64,000 bases of DNA from Podarcis muralis. Its lineage: Eukaryota. Made by a program: the position numbers and the translations under genes. Under the pieces are notes generated by a model that had not been told where the DNA came from, searched no databases, and saw only the letters and a program-made list of their open reading frames with translations. The stretch's first letter is position 1; each line of letters begins with the position of its first letter. Location of the stretch: assembly GCF_964188315.1 (NCBI RefSeq), contig NC_135660.1, positions 5,084,001 through 5,148,000 of the forward strand, read 5' to 3'. Of the stretch, positions 36,651-48,312 are shown one piece after another.

Positions 36651-37391
36651 AACCTGGCTTAGCTCTACCAAATCAGTGGGTCTGGAAAGCACTTTAGCCA
36701 GATGACACCCCCAGATGCTTTGAGCTTCATCTTCTAAACAGACCGGCTTTCAGTGCAACTTCCTTACTTGTGCAACTTACATACTCACAAAACTTGGGTA
36801 TTTTTCTGACAATATTTTTGCCATTGAAAATCTGTTTTTTCCCCCTACCCTCCCGAAATACGCTGGAGTCCATTGATGGAAAACTTCAACCACTGCGGCC
36901 TTTTGGCATTCCTATCAAATTGGTTAATTGCAGCTTATTGTAATCTGCAGTCTCAACATGGATTTCTAAGGTGGCTTAAAGCAAGTCTGTTCCAAATAAC
37001 GCAGCTTGTGCATGCCACGCCAAGCGCAGCAGTTGTCGCCTCTAATGGAAACCGAGCAAGCAGCAATTAATCAAACTTTTAATGAAATGCATTCAACACT
37101 GTTTGGGCCACTGTGGGTGCATCACCGATAGCATTGCTGTGCGACGTGAAAACACAACACCCACCAGAATTGAACTCTGTGTGTAACATCTAGGTTTTTG
37201 TGTTCATAGTGCATATATGTACACACCTGTATTCCTGTAGTTTATTCAGGAATTGTGCATGCCTGTAGGAGGCCCCAGTACAAACGCCTTCTCCAACGTG
37301 GTTGGCTTTAGGTGGCCTCTTATCTCTCAGCCCTGGCCTGTACATTGCCTTGATAGGCTTGTGTTGAAGGTGATTGATTGATTAACTTGTA

Positions 37392-37468
37392 ATAGAATAG
37401 AATCATAGAATCATAGAGTTGGAAGAGACCACAAGGGCCATCGAGTCCAACCCCCTGCCAAGCAGGAA
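37392..37468 (-). mobile_element. Very short CR1 3' end
   Basis: Matches the first ~70 nt of the CR1 copy at 4157; possible TSD TTGTAATA. Confidence 0.85.
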
Positions 37469-37506
37469 ATATTGTAATATTGCCACCATGTATCAGTAGG
37501 ATGGAA

Positions 37507-37860
37507 GGGACGCGGGTGGCTCTGTGAGTTAAACCGCAGAGCCTAGGACTTGCCGATCAGAAGGTCGGCGGTTCGAATCCCCGCAACAGGGTGACCTCCC
37601 ATTGCTCAGTCCCTGCTCCTGCCAACCTAGCAGTTCGAAAGCACGTCAAAGTGCAAGTAGATAAATAGGTACCACTCTGGTGGGAAGGTAAACGGTGTTT
37701 CCGTGCGCTGCTCTGGTTTGCCAGAAGGGGCTTAGTCCTGCTGGCCACGTGAACCGGAAGCTGCACGCCGGCTCCCTCGGCCAAGAAAGCGAGATGAGCT
37801 CCGCAACCCCAGAGTCGGCCACGACTGGACCTAATGGTCAGGGGCCCCTTTACCTTTACC
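37507..37860 (+). mobile_element. Sauria SINE (Squam1), full length
   Basis: GGGACGCGGGTGGC head, B box GGTTCGAATCC, CCTTTACCTTTACC tail; TSD TATCAG(T/C)AGGATGG at 37491-37504 and 37861-37874. Confidence 0.96.
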
Positions 37861-38040
37861 TATCAGCAGGATGGCTTTTTATTATTATTGTTTTTCTATC
37901 ATGTTGCTGCTAGTTCTGCTGACTGCTCAGGTCAAAGATGCCCTGGCAACTGGGAGGTCATATTGCCATAGGATTCTGCCATCTCTTATTCAGACGGATG
38001 TTCCCAATAGCTTGATGCAGCACCTCTTCTCTTGCACCTA

Positions 38041-38329
38041 CAGTGGTGCCTCGCAAGACGAAATTAATCCGTTCCATGAGTCTCTTCGTCTTGCAGTTTT
38101 TTCGTCTTGCGAAGCACGGCTATTAGCGGCTATTAGCGGCTTAGCGGCTATTAACGGCTTAGCGGCTTTAAGAAAAAGGAAACAAACTCGCAAGAACTTG
38201 CAAGATGTTTCGTCTTGTGAAGCAAGCCCATAGGGAAATTCATCTAGCGGAACAACTCAAAAAACGGAAAACCCTTTCGTCTAGCGAGTTTTCCGTCTTG
38301 CGAGGCATTCGTCTTGCGGGGCACCACTG
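38041..38329. mobile_element. Tigger-type MITE
   Basis: TIRs CAGTGGTGCCTCGCAAGACGAA / TTCGTCTTGCGGGGCACCACTG; TA TSD. Confidence 0.92.
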
Positions 38330-39160
38330 TACTCAGATTCCACCCCACGCTGCACCAAATTAGCCATTGAATCAGGCTTAGGCTGTGTTCACACTCCCCT
38401 TTACTGTGCACTTACCGCATTTCCAGTGTTGGGTTTCTAGTCTGTGCTCACATGAGGTGTGAACGCATTAGCATTTCTCTAAAGCTCGCTGTCTTGTGTT
38501 TCTTCCCCTCTTGGGCATTGTTTCCTTGAGCCCTGATCAGGGCCTGCAGCTCAGTTAACTCTGCCTGCTTCTGTTGTCGGTTTACTGGGGATTGATTGCT
38601 CAGATGAATTCATTTCCAACAGCAGTTGCCTGTTATTAAATCAAGTTCTGTCAGTAATTCATGGCACTGGATTAATTCCTAGTGGTGATTTACTACCTGA
38701 CACCATTTGAGTGGGGGAGCAGGGGGGGGGGGCTCCTGTCCATTTGAGTCCCCCAGCTTCCTCAGCTTGCCTTTGAGTCTCATCTTCTGTAATGTTTTCT
38801 GAGATTGATTGACTTAAGCTAAATTACCTGCTTTTTGAGCCACAAAGATCACCTTAATCCTGCTTCATTTGTGTCTTAGATCCTGGGAAGCTTTTTTCAG
38901 TAGCTCTTGCCTTTTGACTTCTGCCACAGAGCCTCCTGCTGACCCCTGGTTGCCCCATTTGAAACCACAGCCTCCTGTACCTCAGTTGACCTCAACCCCT
39001 GTGAGCATGCACTGGTGACAACATTGAGCATGCATGGGGACAGATACCCCCACATTATCAACGACCCTTGCTGTGAATACAAACCAAAACCAATCGGACA
39101 CTAAGGAAGCTGTGCTGATGTGAACAGCTAGGCGGGGAAGCCCTGTGAAACATACCAGAG

Positions 39161-39162
<2 letters not shown>

Positions 39163-39199
<37 letters not shown>

Positions 39200-39990
39200 T
39201 TTTTTATTTATATCCTGCCCTCCCCAGCTGAAGCTGGGCTCAGAGTGGCTAACAATAGTAAAAGTACAGTGGTACCCCGCAAGACGAACGCCTCGGAAGA
39301 CGAAAAACTCGCTAGACGAAGGAGTTTTTCGTTTTCTTAGCCGCTTCGCAAGACGCATTTCCCTATGGGCTTGCTTCGCAAAACGAAGCTTGCGCCGCAA
39401 GCTCCGGGGATAGCGGGGAAGCGCAGCGCGTCTTCCCCGCTGTCCCCGGACCCCTTTTGAACCAAGGGGCGGCAACGGGGAGAAGCAATCTTCTCCCCGC
39501 TGCCCCTTGCTTTAAAACAGGTCCGGGGACAGAGGGGAAGGCGCGCGGCGCTTCCCCTCTGTCCCCGGACGGTCTCCATAGGAACGCATTGATTGATTTT
39601 CAATGCATTCCTATGGGAAACCGTGCTTCGCAAGACAAAAAACTCGCAAGAAGAAAAAACTTGCGGAACGAATTAATTTAGTCTTGCGAGGCACCACTGT
39701 AACACAGCATTTTAAAATCAATTCATTTTAAAATCAATTCAAAATCAAATTAATGGCAACCATTGGGCTGGAGTTCTGTGAGGATTACCAAAGGAGGGGG
39801 TCAGACTGTGCCTTGGCCAAAGGCCTGGTGGAACAGCTCTGTCTTGCAGGCCCTGCGGAAAGATGTCAAGTCTTGCAGGGCCCTAGTCTCTTGTGACAGA
39901 GTGTTCCACCAGATCGGGGCCACAGCTGAAAAAGCCCTGGCTCTGGCTGAGGCCAGCCTAACCTCCCTGTGGCCCGGGACCTCCAAGATG
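39163..39990 (-). mobile_element. L2 3' fragment split by a Tigger MITE
   Basis: (TAA)n tail at 39163; ORF 39801..40013(-) RARAFSAVAPIWWNTL...SFRRACKTELFHQAF. Confidence 0.85.
39267..39699. mobile_element. Tigger-type MITE, same family as 38041 but inverted, with GC-rich internal hairpins
   Basis: TIRs CAGTGGTACCCCGCAAGACGAA / TAGTCTTGCGAGGCACCACTG; TA TSD. Confidence 0.92.
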
Positions 39991-40099
39991 TTTTTGTTTG
40001 GGAACAGCGTCACTGGCTCTAAGGCAATAATGTGAATGCACCCTTAAAGTGGGTGAGATCCAGACCTCTTGAGAGACAGGCAGAGGAGAGAGACAGAAG

Positions 40100-40308
40100 G
40101 AGAGGCAACTAGCCATGATGTCCGTCCTCCGTGTTCATGGTTGGAGGCCGTAAAGTTTTGAGTACTAGTTGTTGGAAATATGGGAGGGGAGAGGGCTCTT
40201 GTGGTCGGATCCTGCTTGCTGGTTTCCCACAGGCACCTGGTTGGCCACCGGGAGAGCAGGATGCTGGACTGAATGGGCCTTTGGCCTGATCCAGCCAGCT
40301 CCACTTAT
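40100..40308 (+). mobile_element. Old CR1 3' fragment
   Basis: Ends GGACTGAATGGGCCTTTGGCCTGATCCAGC...CTTATG, a CR1/L3-type 3' end. Confidence 0.6.
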
Positions 40309-40635
40309 GGGCTGTAGGCTGTGCGCTCAACACCGGCATAAAAGGCAACAGGACTGCATTTCAAAACACATTTGCATGTCATTGCACACATCAGCACAGC
40401 TGGATACTTTTCCAAGTTGTGCACCGTCCATGCTCACTGGTGGTCAGAGAGAGGGCATGGATGTCTTCCCATGGACCACATTTTCCATCAAAGCTGGTTT
40501 GGCGTGAAATGCATGGGGGGCGGGGAGCCCTGCAGCCTTTCTCGAGAAACTCTGTAATGGACATGGTGGGTGGTGACTAAGGTAGATGGCTTCACAAAGC
40601 AGAGTTGGGGGAGTGCTGCATGCAGAGTGAATGAG

Positions 40636-40637
<2 letters not shown>

Positions 40638-40682
<45 letters not shown>
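40638..40682. repeat. (TG)n microsatellite
   Basis: About 22 TG units read directly. Confidence 0.98.
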
Positions 40683-40684
<2 letters not shown>

Positions 40685-43420
40685 ACAGCCACAGTCTCTT
40701 TAGGGATGACTGCTGCCCCCTCTTTATAGTTGCAGAAGACTTTACCGGACCAAATTTGTGCATTGAACACCTGCATTCTGCCTTGGAAGCAACAGAAGAC
40801 AGGTCCCCTATGCTCATTTCAAAGATTTTGACTCTGTAAACTGCAGACTTGCTTCAGACTCGGGATCCAGCAGATTCGGGGTTGGGAAGGCATTTTCCCG
40901 TAAGGCAGTGTGTTTCCTTCCCCCCTTCTCCTGTAGAACGTGGCTTGGCTCTGTCGCTCGAGTCGTCCGGAGCTACTTGCTCTTTGCTTTGGCTCCTTGT
41001 GCGCCAGCCTTGATTTTGCTGGTTAAGGGTGTCAGAGTTAAAGTGAGGAGGATCCTGTCGTGGGGTCAGGGCATGGCCCCTGGGCTCCCTTCTCAGCCTC
41101 CAACTCAGTGGTCTTCCTTGCAAACAGGGGGGCTCCTTGGCCAGAATGCCGTCTGAGTTCTAAGTAGGTCTGGCTCTGAGTTTTACGGTGGTGGTGCTGC
41201 TGGCAGTGCATTTTGTTGTCTTTCGCATATTCATGGCAAGTGATGTTTGTACTGAATCCACTAGAAACCCAGTGGGCCAGCCATAGCAAGGAGACTGCAA
41301 CGTCCACTGTGGCCTTTTTGGAGGAGGTTGGCATGATCACTGCTCTGACAGCGAACTTGGGTCAAATGCGGTCTCTAACCCTCAGTTCCCCACCTGTAAC
41401 TTTGTTGGCTTAAAGAATGGGGTTCAAATACTACAAATGTAAACCTGTTTCATTTCCTGGGCTCTCCCCCCTCCCCTAAGCACCTTGGGAATTGTAGTTT
41501 TTGGAGACTAGCGGTGTTTCCTTGCGAGAGAACACAAACCTCTGGGCACTGCCAGGGTCCCTTGCCCTGGGGCTCATGGACCAATCTGAAACTTGGCTTC
41601 TGTTTGTGCTGTGGACATCATCTTAAGGCTGCAAAGGAGATGTTTAAAATACAGGTGGCGAGGCCACCTGCAGGGACAGAGCCACAGTCAGGTGCTAAAC
41701 CTGAACCAAGGCTCCATCCCTTCCACGATGGGAATTTAGTTCTGAGTCAAAATTCCCAGGCCCATTATGGGACATGCTGCAACTTTCTGAGGATTGGCTT
41801 GGGAGGAGGAGAGTTTTGGGATGGGATAGAAGTTGCCAAACATCTCACTGTGGGAAGGAATAGCAGTCACTTTGGGGAACACACCTGCCCCTGCCGCCAT
41901 CACGCAACGCAAGCGGCAGTGGCAAAGGAAGTCAAAATGAGGAGAGTGATTTCAAACACATTTCGAGCTGCAAATCCCCACCCAGTACAAGCCAAAAGCT
42001 TAGGAGGCAAAGAAATCTCAACTCGGCTTTAGAGTCAATCACCCACTCCCTCCCCCCAAAAGCCCTGGCTTTCACAGCAAGATACTGATGCATAGGAAAC
42101 CAACATCTCAGGCAGGAGGTTTGGCTTGGAGCTTCTCCTTGAAAGCTGGTTTTCTATGTGTGGGGAATTGTTTTTGTACAGGGACGCACACCTGGCCGGT
42201 GGGATGGTCCAGAAATGGGTTTCCCACTTCATTGAGCCCCCTGCCAGAGATGTGGCCCTAAGATTCGCTGGAGTTTCCTGGGCTGCTCCATAGATCCAGC
42301 CTGAGCTAGTGGCTGGGTGGTGTGGTGGCTAGTGCCCACTGGAGCGGCCAGGTCAGAAGGTGGGGAGCCCAATCAGCGGGTGGAGACAGAGCCACTGACA
42401 GACATAGCCAACTCTCTGCTCAGTTTCAACATGGGCAGTGCAGAGACTAAGGAGGAGGAGGAGGAAGATGCCACAGGCAGTGCCACCCTCTGGACAGGTG
42501 GGCAGCTGAGGACCAGCTGGGAGCAGACTGAGGTTTGTGAGACAGCACCACATTTGTCCGAATGGAGCAGCCTCCATTGGCTGATGGAGTGCCTGAGCTG
42601 CATGATAATTGTCACTGAGCATCTTCTGGGGCAGTGCAGCTGCATGTCTCCAGTTCTCCCCAATTCTGTGCTGCTCTGGCCCCTGACCAAAGCAGGGCAC
42701 GCACTCTTTCCTTCTGCCCCTGTTGTGAACTTAGATATTGCGTAGGTGTTGGGCACCAACAGGCCAGGCTGATGCTGTGCTTTTGCACATACGCACAAAC
42801 ACACACTGCGGACCAGGAGAGGAAAGGCATTTGAAACGTTGACATTTCTGATGAGTATCAGCCCCAGGATGTTTGGAAAGAGAAGTGTCTCATTAACAAC
42901 AGCCCAGCAGACATTGGCATCTTGCTCATTAAGTTCCTTGAAGACAAAGCCAGGCCTGTTCCTTGAAGTTCTGGCTGAGAGGTGAATGAGGCTCCCTGAA
43001 GACATAAACGCAGGCAACATCCAGGAAAAATTGCAGCTGCCATCACAGGGAAGATGCTGGGCGTTAAAAGGATGAGAGAGAGAAAGAGAGGGAGGGGGAG
43101 GTTTTCTGGCTGCCTGCAACAAATCTGTGCCCGCTCTGAGCTTCTGGAGGGGGTCAACCCAGCAACCTAACCTGGTAGGAGGTCAGGAAGAGTTGGAGCA
43201 CCGCAACTCTCCTGAGTTTGTGCTGCCTCTGCCCTGCCCTCCCCACCAGTAACAGAGCTACCATATGTATATTCTTAAATAAGTAAAAAACCAGCCTGTT
43301 TTCAGCTCTGAAACTGAGGGCAGTGTTTTTAACGCGTTCCCAGCAGTTCTTTCTGGTGGGCTTGTGTTTGAGATGTGGGAATGGGCAGCAGTATCGCAGT
43401 GAAAGTCACTTCCCTAAGAG

Positions 43421-43545
43421 CAGAGATGGTGAACCTGATGTGACCCTCCAGGTATTGCTGGATTCCAGCTCCCATCAGCCCCAGCCAGCATGGCCAAGGG
43501 GCAGGAATGATGGGAGTTGTAGTGCAGCAACATCTGGAAGCCTAC
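43421..43545. mobile_element. Palindromic hAT-like MITE
   Basis: CCAGCTCCCATCAGCCCC...GATGGGAGTTGTAG; same family as 5385. Confidence 0.6.
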
Positions 43546-44587
43546 AGGGTTCCTAGGTCTGATATGTGGGAACCTGCCTTGGGACACAGGATTGGAGCAG
43601 GTGGCACAGTGTACTGGGGACCTGTTTGTGATTCTGCAGAGAAAACACAGCACACCATTTCTCTAGCTTCCTTCCGAAGCCACGAGAACTAGAAATTCAC
43701 TCTTTAAAACTGGTAGTGAAAGAAGGTTTCTAACTGGCCTCTGGGTTTGCCAACGGGCACACAGGAACTTGGTTTGGGCAGTCCTGTGCAGGTCCCCTTC
43801 AAGGAATACTTTGGCAGTGACTCTGGTTGGTTGGTCACTGTGAGCCGGTGGCCTGATCCAGTATGCCAGGCTCCTGTGATGTTCTTATGACCTGACTTGG
43901 CTCTTTGTCATCGGTCCAAGAGGCGTCCCCATATGCTCTGCACCGCTCCAAATGAGCTGGCAGCCCCCTCTGCAGAATGGTCGCTTCACCTTTCAGACAA
44001 TGGAGGAAGCCTCCCCTGAGAGCCAGCTGGGAGCCAACAAACCACAGGCTCCTTTTGGCTCTTCCTCCCCCCCCCCCCCCCACGACTGTAAAGGAACAAC
44101 TTAGACTTTGACATAACACACACCTCTGGACCGCGGCCCTTTTTGCGGAGAGAACAAGGGGCTTTGTTGCTGAGATGACTGATGAACTCCACTCAGCCAG
44201 GATTGCCTGGGGGCACCAGAAGCCCAACTCCGGAGAGAAAGAAAGCTTTGGGCTCTTTGCTTCTTGCAGCTCCTCTCTTTAGATCTAGCTCCGTCAGTGT
44301 TCTGGCAACTCCCTCACCTGTTAGTTGTGTTTATTACAAAAAAATACTGGTGTTTGTTCTCCTCCTGCCTCCCCTCCAACAGCCCAGATGGTTCCTCGCC
44401 TGCTCAGATGCACCAGTTAATCATCTTGGGTGGCAGGTGGGGAAGAAAAAGGAAGAGAGCAGACATCAATAACCTACGGAATGTTGCAAACAGGTGAGGG
44501 AGCTGCCAAAACACGGACGGAACTCAATCCAAGTCCTCTAAAGGCCGAGATGAAAGCTGGCCTTTTCTCAGCTCTCCTCTTTTGTAA

Positions 44588-44782
44588 GGGCCATAGCTGG
44601 CCGGCCGAGTCTCTGCCTTACAAGCAGGAGGTCCCAGGTTCTATTCCCAGTGGCATCTCCAGGTAACATTGGGAGAGACACCTGCCTGGCATCCTGGAGA
44701 GCCTCAGCCAGTCAGTGTAGGCAATAGTGAAGAAGCTGGACCAATGGCTTGGCTCTGTATAAGGCAGCCTCTCATGTTCTTT
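44588..44782 (+). mobile_element. Squam3-type SINE
   Basis: GGGCCATAGCT...GGTCCCAGGTTCTATTCCC head; CTGTATAAGGCAGCCTCTCATGTTCT end. Confidence 0.7.
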
Positions 44783-44809
44783 GTTGCTATGTAAGTCTGT
44801 ATGCATTGG

Positions 44810-44980
44810 CGTTTCTGTGTGCTGCGCTGGTGCTGGCTCGCCAGAGCAGCTTCGTCACGCTGGCCACGTGACCCGGAAGTGTCTCCGGACAGCGCTGGCC
44901 CCCGGCCTCTTGAGTGAGATGAGCGCACAACCCTAGAGTCGGACACGACTGGCCCGTACGGGCAGGGGTACCTTTACCTT
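44810..44980 (+). mobile_element. Sauria SINE (Squam1), 5'-truncated
   Basis: Perfect 18-bp TSD TAAGTCTGTATGCATTGG at 44792-44809 and 44981-44998; ACCTTT tail. Confidence 0.93.
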
Positions 44981-45115
44981 TAAGTCTGTATGCATTGGGT
45001 GCCGACAGGGGAGGCCCTCCCATTCCGCCACCTGAGGCGAAATGGGAATTGCTGCCTTCTGGCCATGCCGATGGTGCGCCACTTCCGGCACTTCTCCAAG
45101 TGTTGCCGATCAGCT

Positions 45116-45594
45116 GTCACCTTCTCACCAAGCTGCTTGGCAATAGTCTTGTAGCCCAGTCCAACCTTGTGCAAGTCTACAATCTTGTCCCTGACATCCT
45201 CGGACAGCTCTTTGGTCTTGGTCATGGTGGCTACTTGGATTGATTGCTTCTGTTGACAGGTATCTTTTGTACAGGTACTGTAACAAGCTGGGATTACAGG
45301 TAAGACCTCTTCCTTACAGCACGTACTCGTAATCTCAGCTCTTTACATACAGTGAGGATACCGGGTAGCCTGACATCTGGCTGGTTGCTAGGGGATCAGA
45401 TACTTACTTCACTCATTATAATGCACATCCACCTCTGACTTTTGTCTTCTGGGTTTCTGGGGGTTTTCCTGTTGTTATTCTGTCTCTCACAGCTGCAATA
45501 AACCTACCATTAAAATTATGGACTGGTCATTTCTTCGTTAGAGAGCAAACGGGCAAATTTAGCAGGGGATCAAATACTCCCCCCCCCCTCACTG
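45116..45594 (-). mobile_element. Tc1 transposon left end (IR/DR type) with transposase N-terminus
   Basis: Minus strand starts TA-CAGTGAGGGG...AGTATTTGATCCCC; inner DR at 45391-45406; ATG at 45225 gives MTKTKELSEDVRDKIVDLHKVGLGYKTIAKQLGEKVT (Tc1 paired-like HTH). Confidence 0.9.
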
Positions 45595-45760
45595 TAAGGC
45601 AGCCTCCCATGTTCTTTGTTGCTGTGTAAGTCTGTATGCATTGGGTGCCGACGGGCGGCCCGTCCCATTCCGCCACCTGAGGCGAAATGGGAAATGCTGC
45701 CTTCTGGCCATGCCGATGGTGCGCTGCTTCCGGCACTTCTCCAAGTGTTGCCGATCAGCT
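45595..45760 (+). repeat. 166-bp direct duplication of 44760-45115 (minus the SINE)
   Basis: TAAGGCAGCCT...CCGATCAGCT occurs on both sides of the Tc1 fragment, about 95% identical by eye. Confidence 0.92.
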
Positions 45761-46040
45761 TCTGCCTTGGGGCAGGGGGAGTCAAGTGGCAACTGGCACG
45801 GAGGAGTGCCCTCCGACTCTGGCCAAACTCTGCCACAGTAGGCAGAAAAAGAGGGAGAGGGTTGTTTGGTGGGGGGTCATCTGGAGACCCCGGTGGGGTA
45901 GAGTTGAGAAGAAGATCTTTAATGCAAACAATTGGAGCATGAGCAGGCCCAATCACGGGTGGAAAAGGAGAGCCCCTCATCTGGTTGGCTGCAACAATTG
46001 GAATTTATGGTGATCTTTACAACCACCTTAAGTGTGAGGT

Positions 46041-46287
46041 CCTGCCAACCTAGCAGTTCGAAAGCACAAAGTGCAAGTAGATAAATAGGTACTGCTCCAG
46101 CGGGAAGGTAAACGGCGTTTCCGTGCGCTGCTCTGGTTCGCCAGAAGCGGCTTAGTCATGCTGGCCACATGACCTGGAAGCTGTCTGCAGACAAACGCCG
46201 GCTCCCTCGGCCAGTAAAGCGAGATGAGCGCCACAACCCCAGAGTCGTCCACGACTGGACTTAACGGTCAGGGGTCCCTTTACCTTT
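46041..46287 (+). mobile_element. Sauria SINE (Squam1), 5'-truncated
   Basis: CCTGCCAACCTAGCAGTTCGAAAGCAC...CCTTTACCTTT; TSD about TTAAGTGTG. Confidence 0.93.
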
Positions 46288-47915
46288 TAAGTGTGGGTTG
46301 GTATTTGTGTCTGCTTGTTCCTTCATTAGGTGTTGAGGTTGTGCAGTGCCAGGTTTGTTATGATGCTGCAGTGGGTGGAAGGAGTTGTGTACCTTCCAGG
46401 GTGAGATCCTGCTCTGCTATGGTCTGGGCCCCTTTCAGATGAGAGATGGATGAGGAGCATTAGACGCTCCAGTTTGGGGCCATGAGTCCATTACTCCTTT
46501 GGATATTAGGAGTGGTCTCTTATTTATGTCTGCTTGGGTTGTAATATTGTTGAGTGTGAGTGGTTTATGTATGGGTATTTGATAGATGTAATGTTTGAAG
46601 TAGTGAACATTTATATCAAATGGATGGTGAGTGAGATTGAATGAATTGGGTGTATGTATGCTGCGTTGTTTGAAATTTTATATTATGTGAATCATTTGAT
46701 GTCGTTTTATTGTACTTATTGTGTATATAAACCACCCCAAGCGGTGTATAAATGGGAATAATAAATGCATATATAATACAGGAGAGGTGAACTTGGGGTG
46801 GGGCCAGATTCAGCAAGAGCAGGAATGGGAGGGTCAGTGGCCCTCCCAGGAAAAGCCAGGGGTTTCCCAGCAGCTTAAGGACCGATTCTGTTGGTCCCTA
46901 TAGACTGAGAATGGAGAACCTTTGGCCATCCTGAGATGGTTAGGCTACAGGTTCCATCATCCATGGCCATGGGTCACCATGTTGATTGGGACTGATGGAA
47001 GCCACAAGCTAGCAACAGCGAGAGGGACACAGTTTCCCAGTCGTACCTTTCAGAACCAGGTAAGACGCCACTGAGCCTTTGTGTCACCTGGTGAGCTGCA
47101 GCCCCAGTTTTAGTGGTTGCACCCAAAAGCAGTGCCTGGCTGAGCAGTGATGGTGCACTGAGTAACTCCTGGCTGCCACAACCCCTGGTTCAAGGCCACA
47201 CAACTCCAGGGCCTTCTGAGATGTCTTCCTGTTACACACAGGCAGAACAGAGACCTGGCCAGAGATGCAATGTGGGTGAGGCTTCCCTGTCCCCAGTTTC
47301 CTGTTGTGGGCAGGGTGCTGCTGTGCTCCCCCCCTTCTCTCTCTGTGTATGTAGGCCTCATTATAGCAGCACCGGGGGAGAGGCTGCAAATGGGGCACGG
47401 CAGCATCGCCATTGTTGCAGATCCTGCTTTAATAGCCGGGCTCGGCTGTGCCATGCAAATGCCGCTGCTGAGGGACCGGCCCCACATTTCACAAAGATTA
47501 GCTGCTAAATTGGCCAGCGAGGAAACATTTAATAACGGCAGATCGTAATTACTCATCTCCCGCTCCCGCCGCTCGCTCGGAGGAGGAGCAGCTTCGCAGG
47601 CAACCTAACGGGGCCTCGTGCTGCAGAAGGGGGTCAAGGAAGTGGCACGCTGAGAGCCACACGCTGCGGCCCGTATTCATTAGGCATCTGGCATCTGGGT
47701 GTGCAGCGAGCAAAGTGGGTTTAGCGTTATGATGGAGTGTCGTTTTGAAAATGTGCTCTAGAGGAACAGCAGGCTCAGCCGTTGCAGGTTGCGGCTTTGT
47801 TTGTGCCTGCGTTTCCGGCACGTGCTGGGCTTTGCGAGTTGCAAGGCGCTTCTGGCCCTGTTTCCTCCAGCCTTCTCTGAACTCTGATGCTCCAGGCCCA
47901 GGTTCGTGCTTTGAT

Positions 47916-48312
47916 GAATCGTAGAATTGTAGCATTGGAAGGGACCCAGTGAGTCATCTAGTCCAACCCCCTGCAATGCAGGAATCTCAACTAGATTGGA
48001 CATGGCAGGTGGCCATCCAACCTCCGTTCGAAAACCTCCAGTGAAGGAGAGTCCACCACCTTCCAAGGGGGCCTGTTCCAGATTCGAACAGCTCTTGCCA
48101 TCAGAAACGTCTTCCTAATGTTTGGGTCCAACCCTCTGGGACTCCCCTTCCTTGTCATTTGAATCCATTGGTCCAGGTCCTACCCTCTAGAGCAGCAGAA
48201 AACAAGTTTGCTCCACCTTCCATGTGACAGCCATTCAGGTATTTGAAGATAGCTATCATATCTCCTCTCAGTCTCCTCTTATCCAGGCTAAAGATACCCA
48301 ACTCTCTCAACC
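47916..48312 (-). mobile_element. CR1 3' fragment
   Basis: GAATCGTAGAATTGTAGCATTGGAAGGGACC...TCATCTAGTCCAACCCCCTG (reverse complement of a CR1 tail). Confidence 0.85.

Noticed and set aside
42373-43122. 249-aa minus-strand ORF
   Set aside because: No recognisable domain, Ser/Leu-rich low-information composition, no splice context; most likely a chance ORF in GC-moderate intron.
46290-46780. G/T-skewed AT-rich segment considered as a NUMT or viral insert
   Set aside because: No mitochondrial or viral peptide recognised; the end resembles a LINE 3'UTR/tail.
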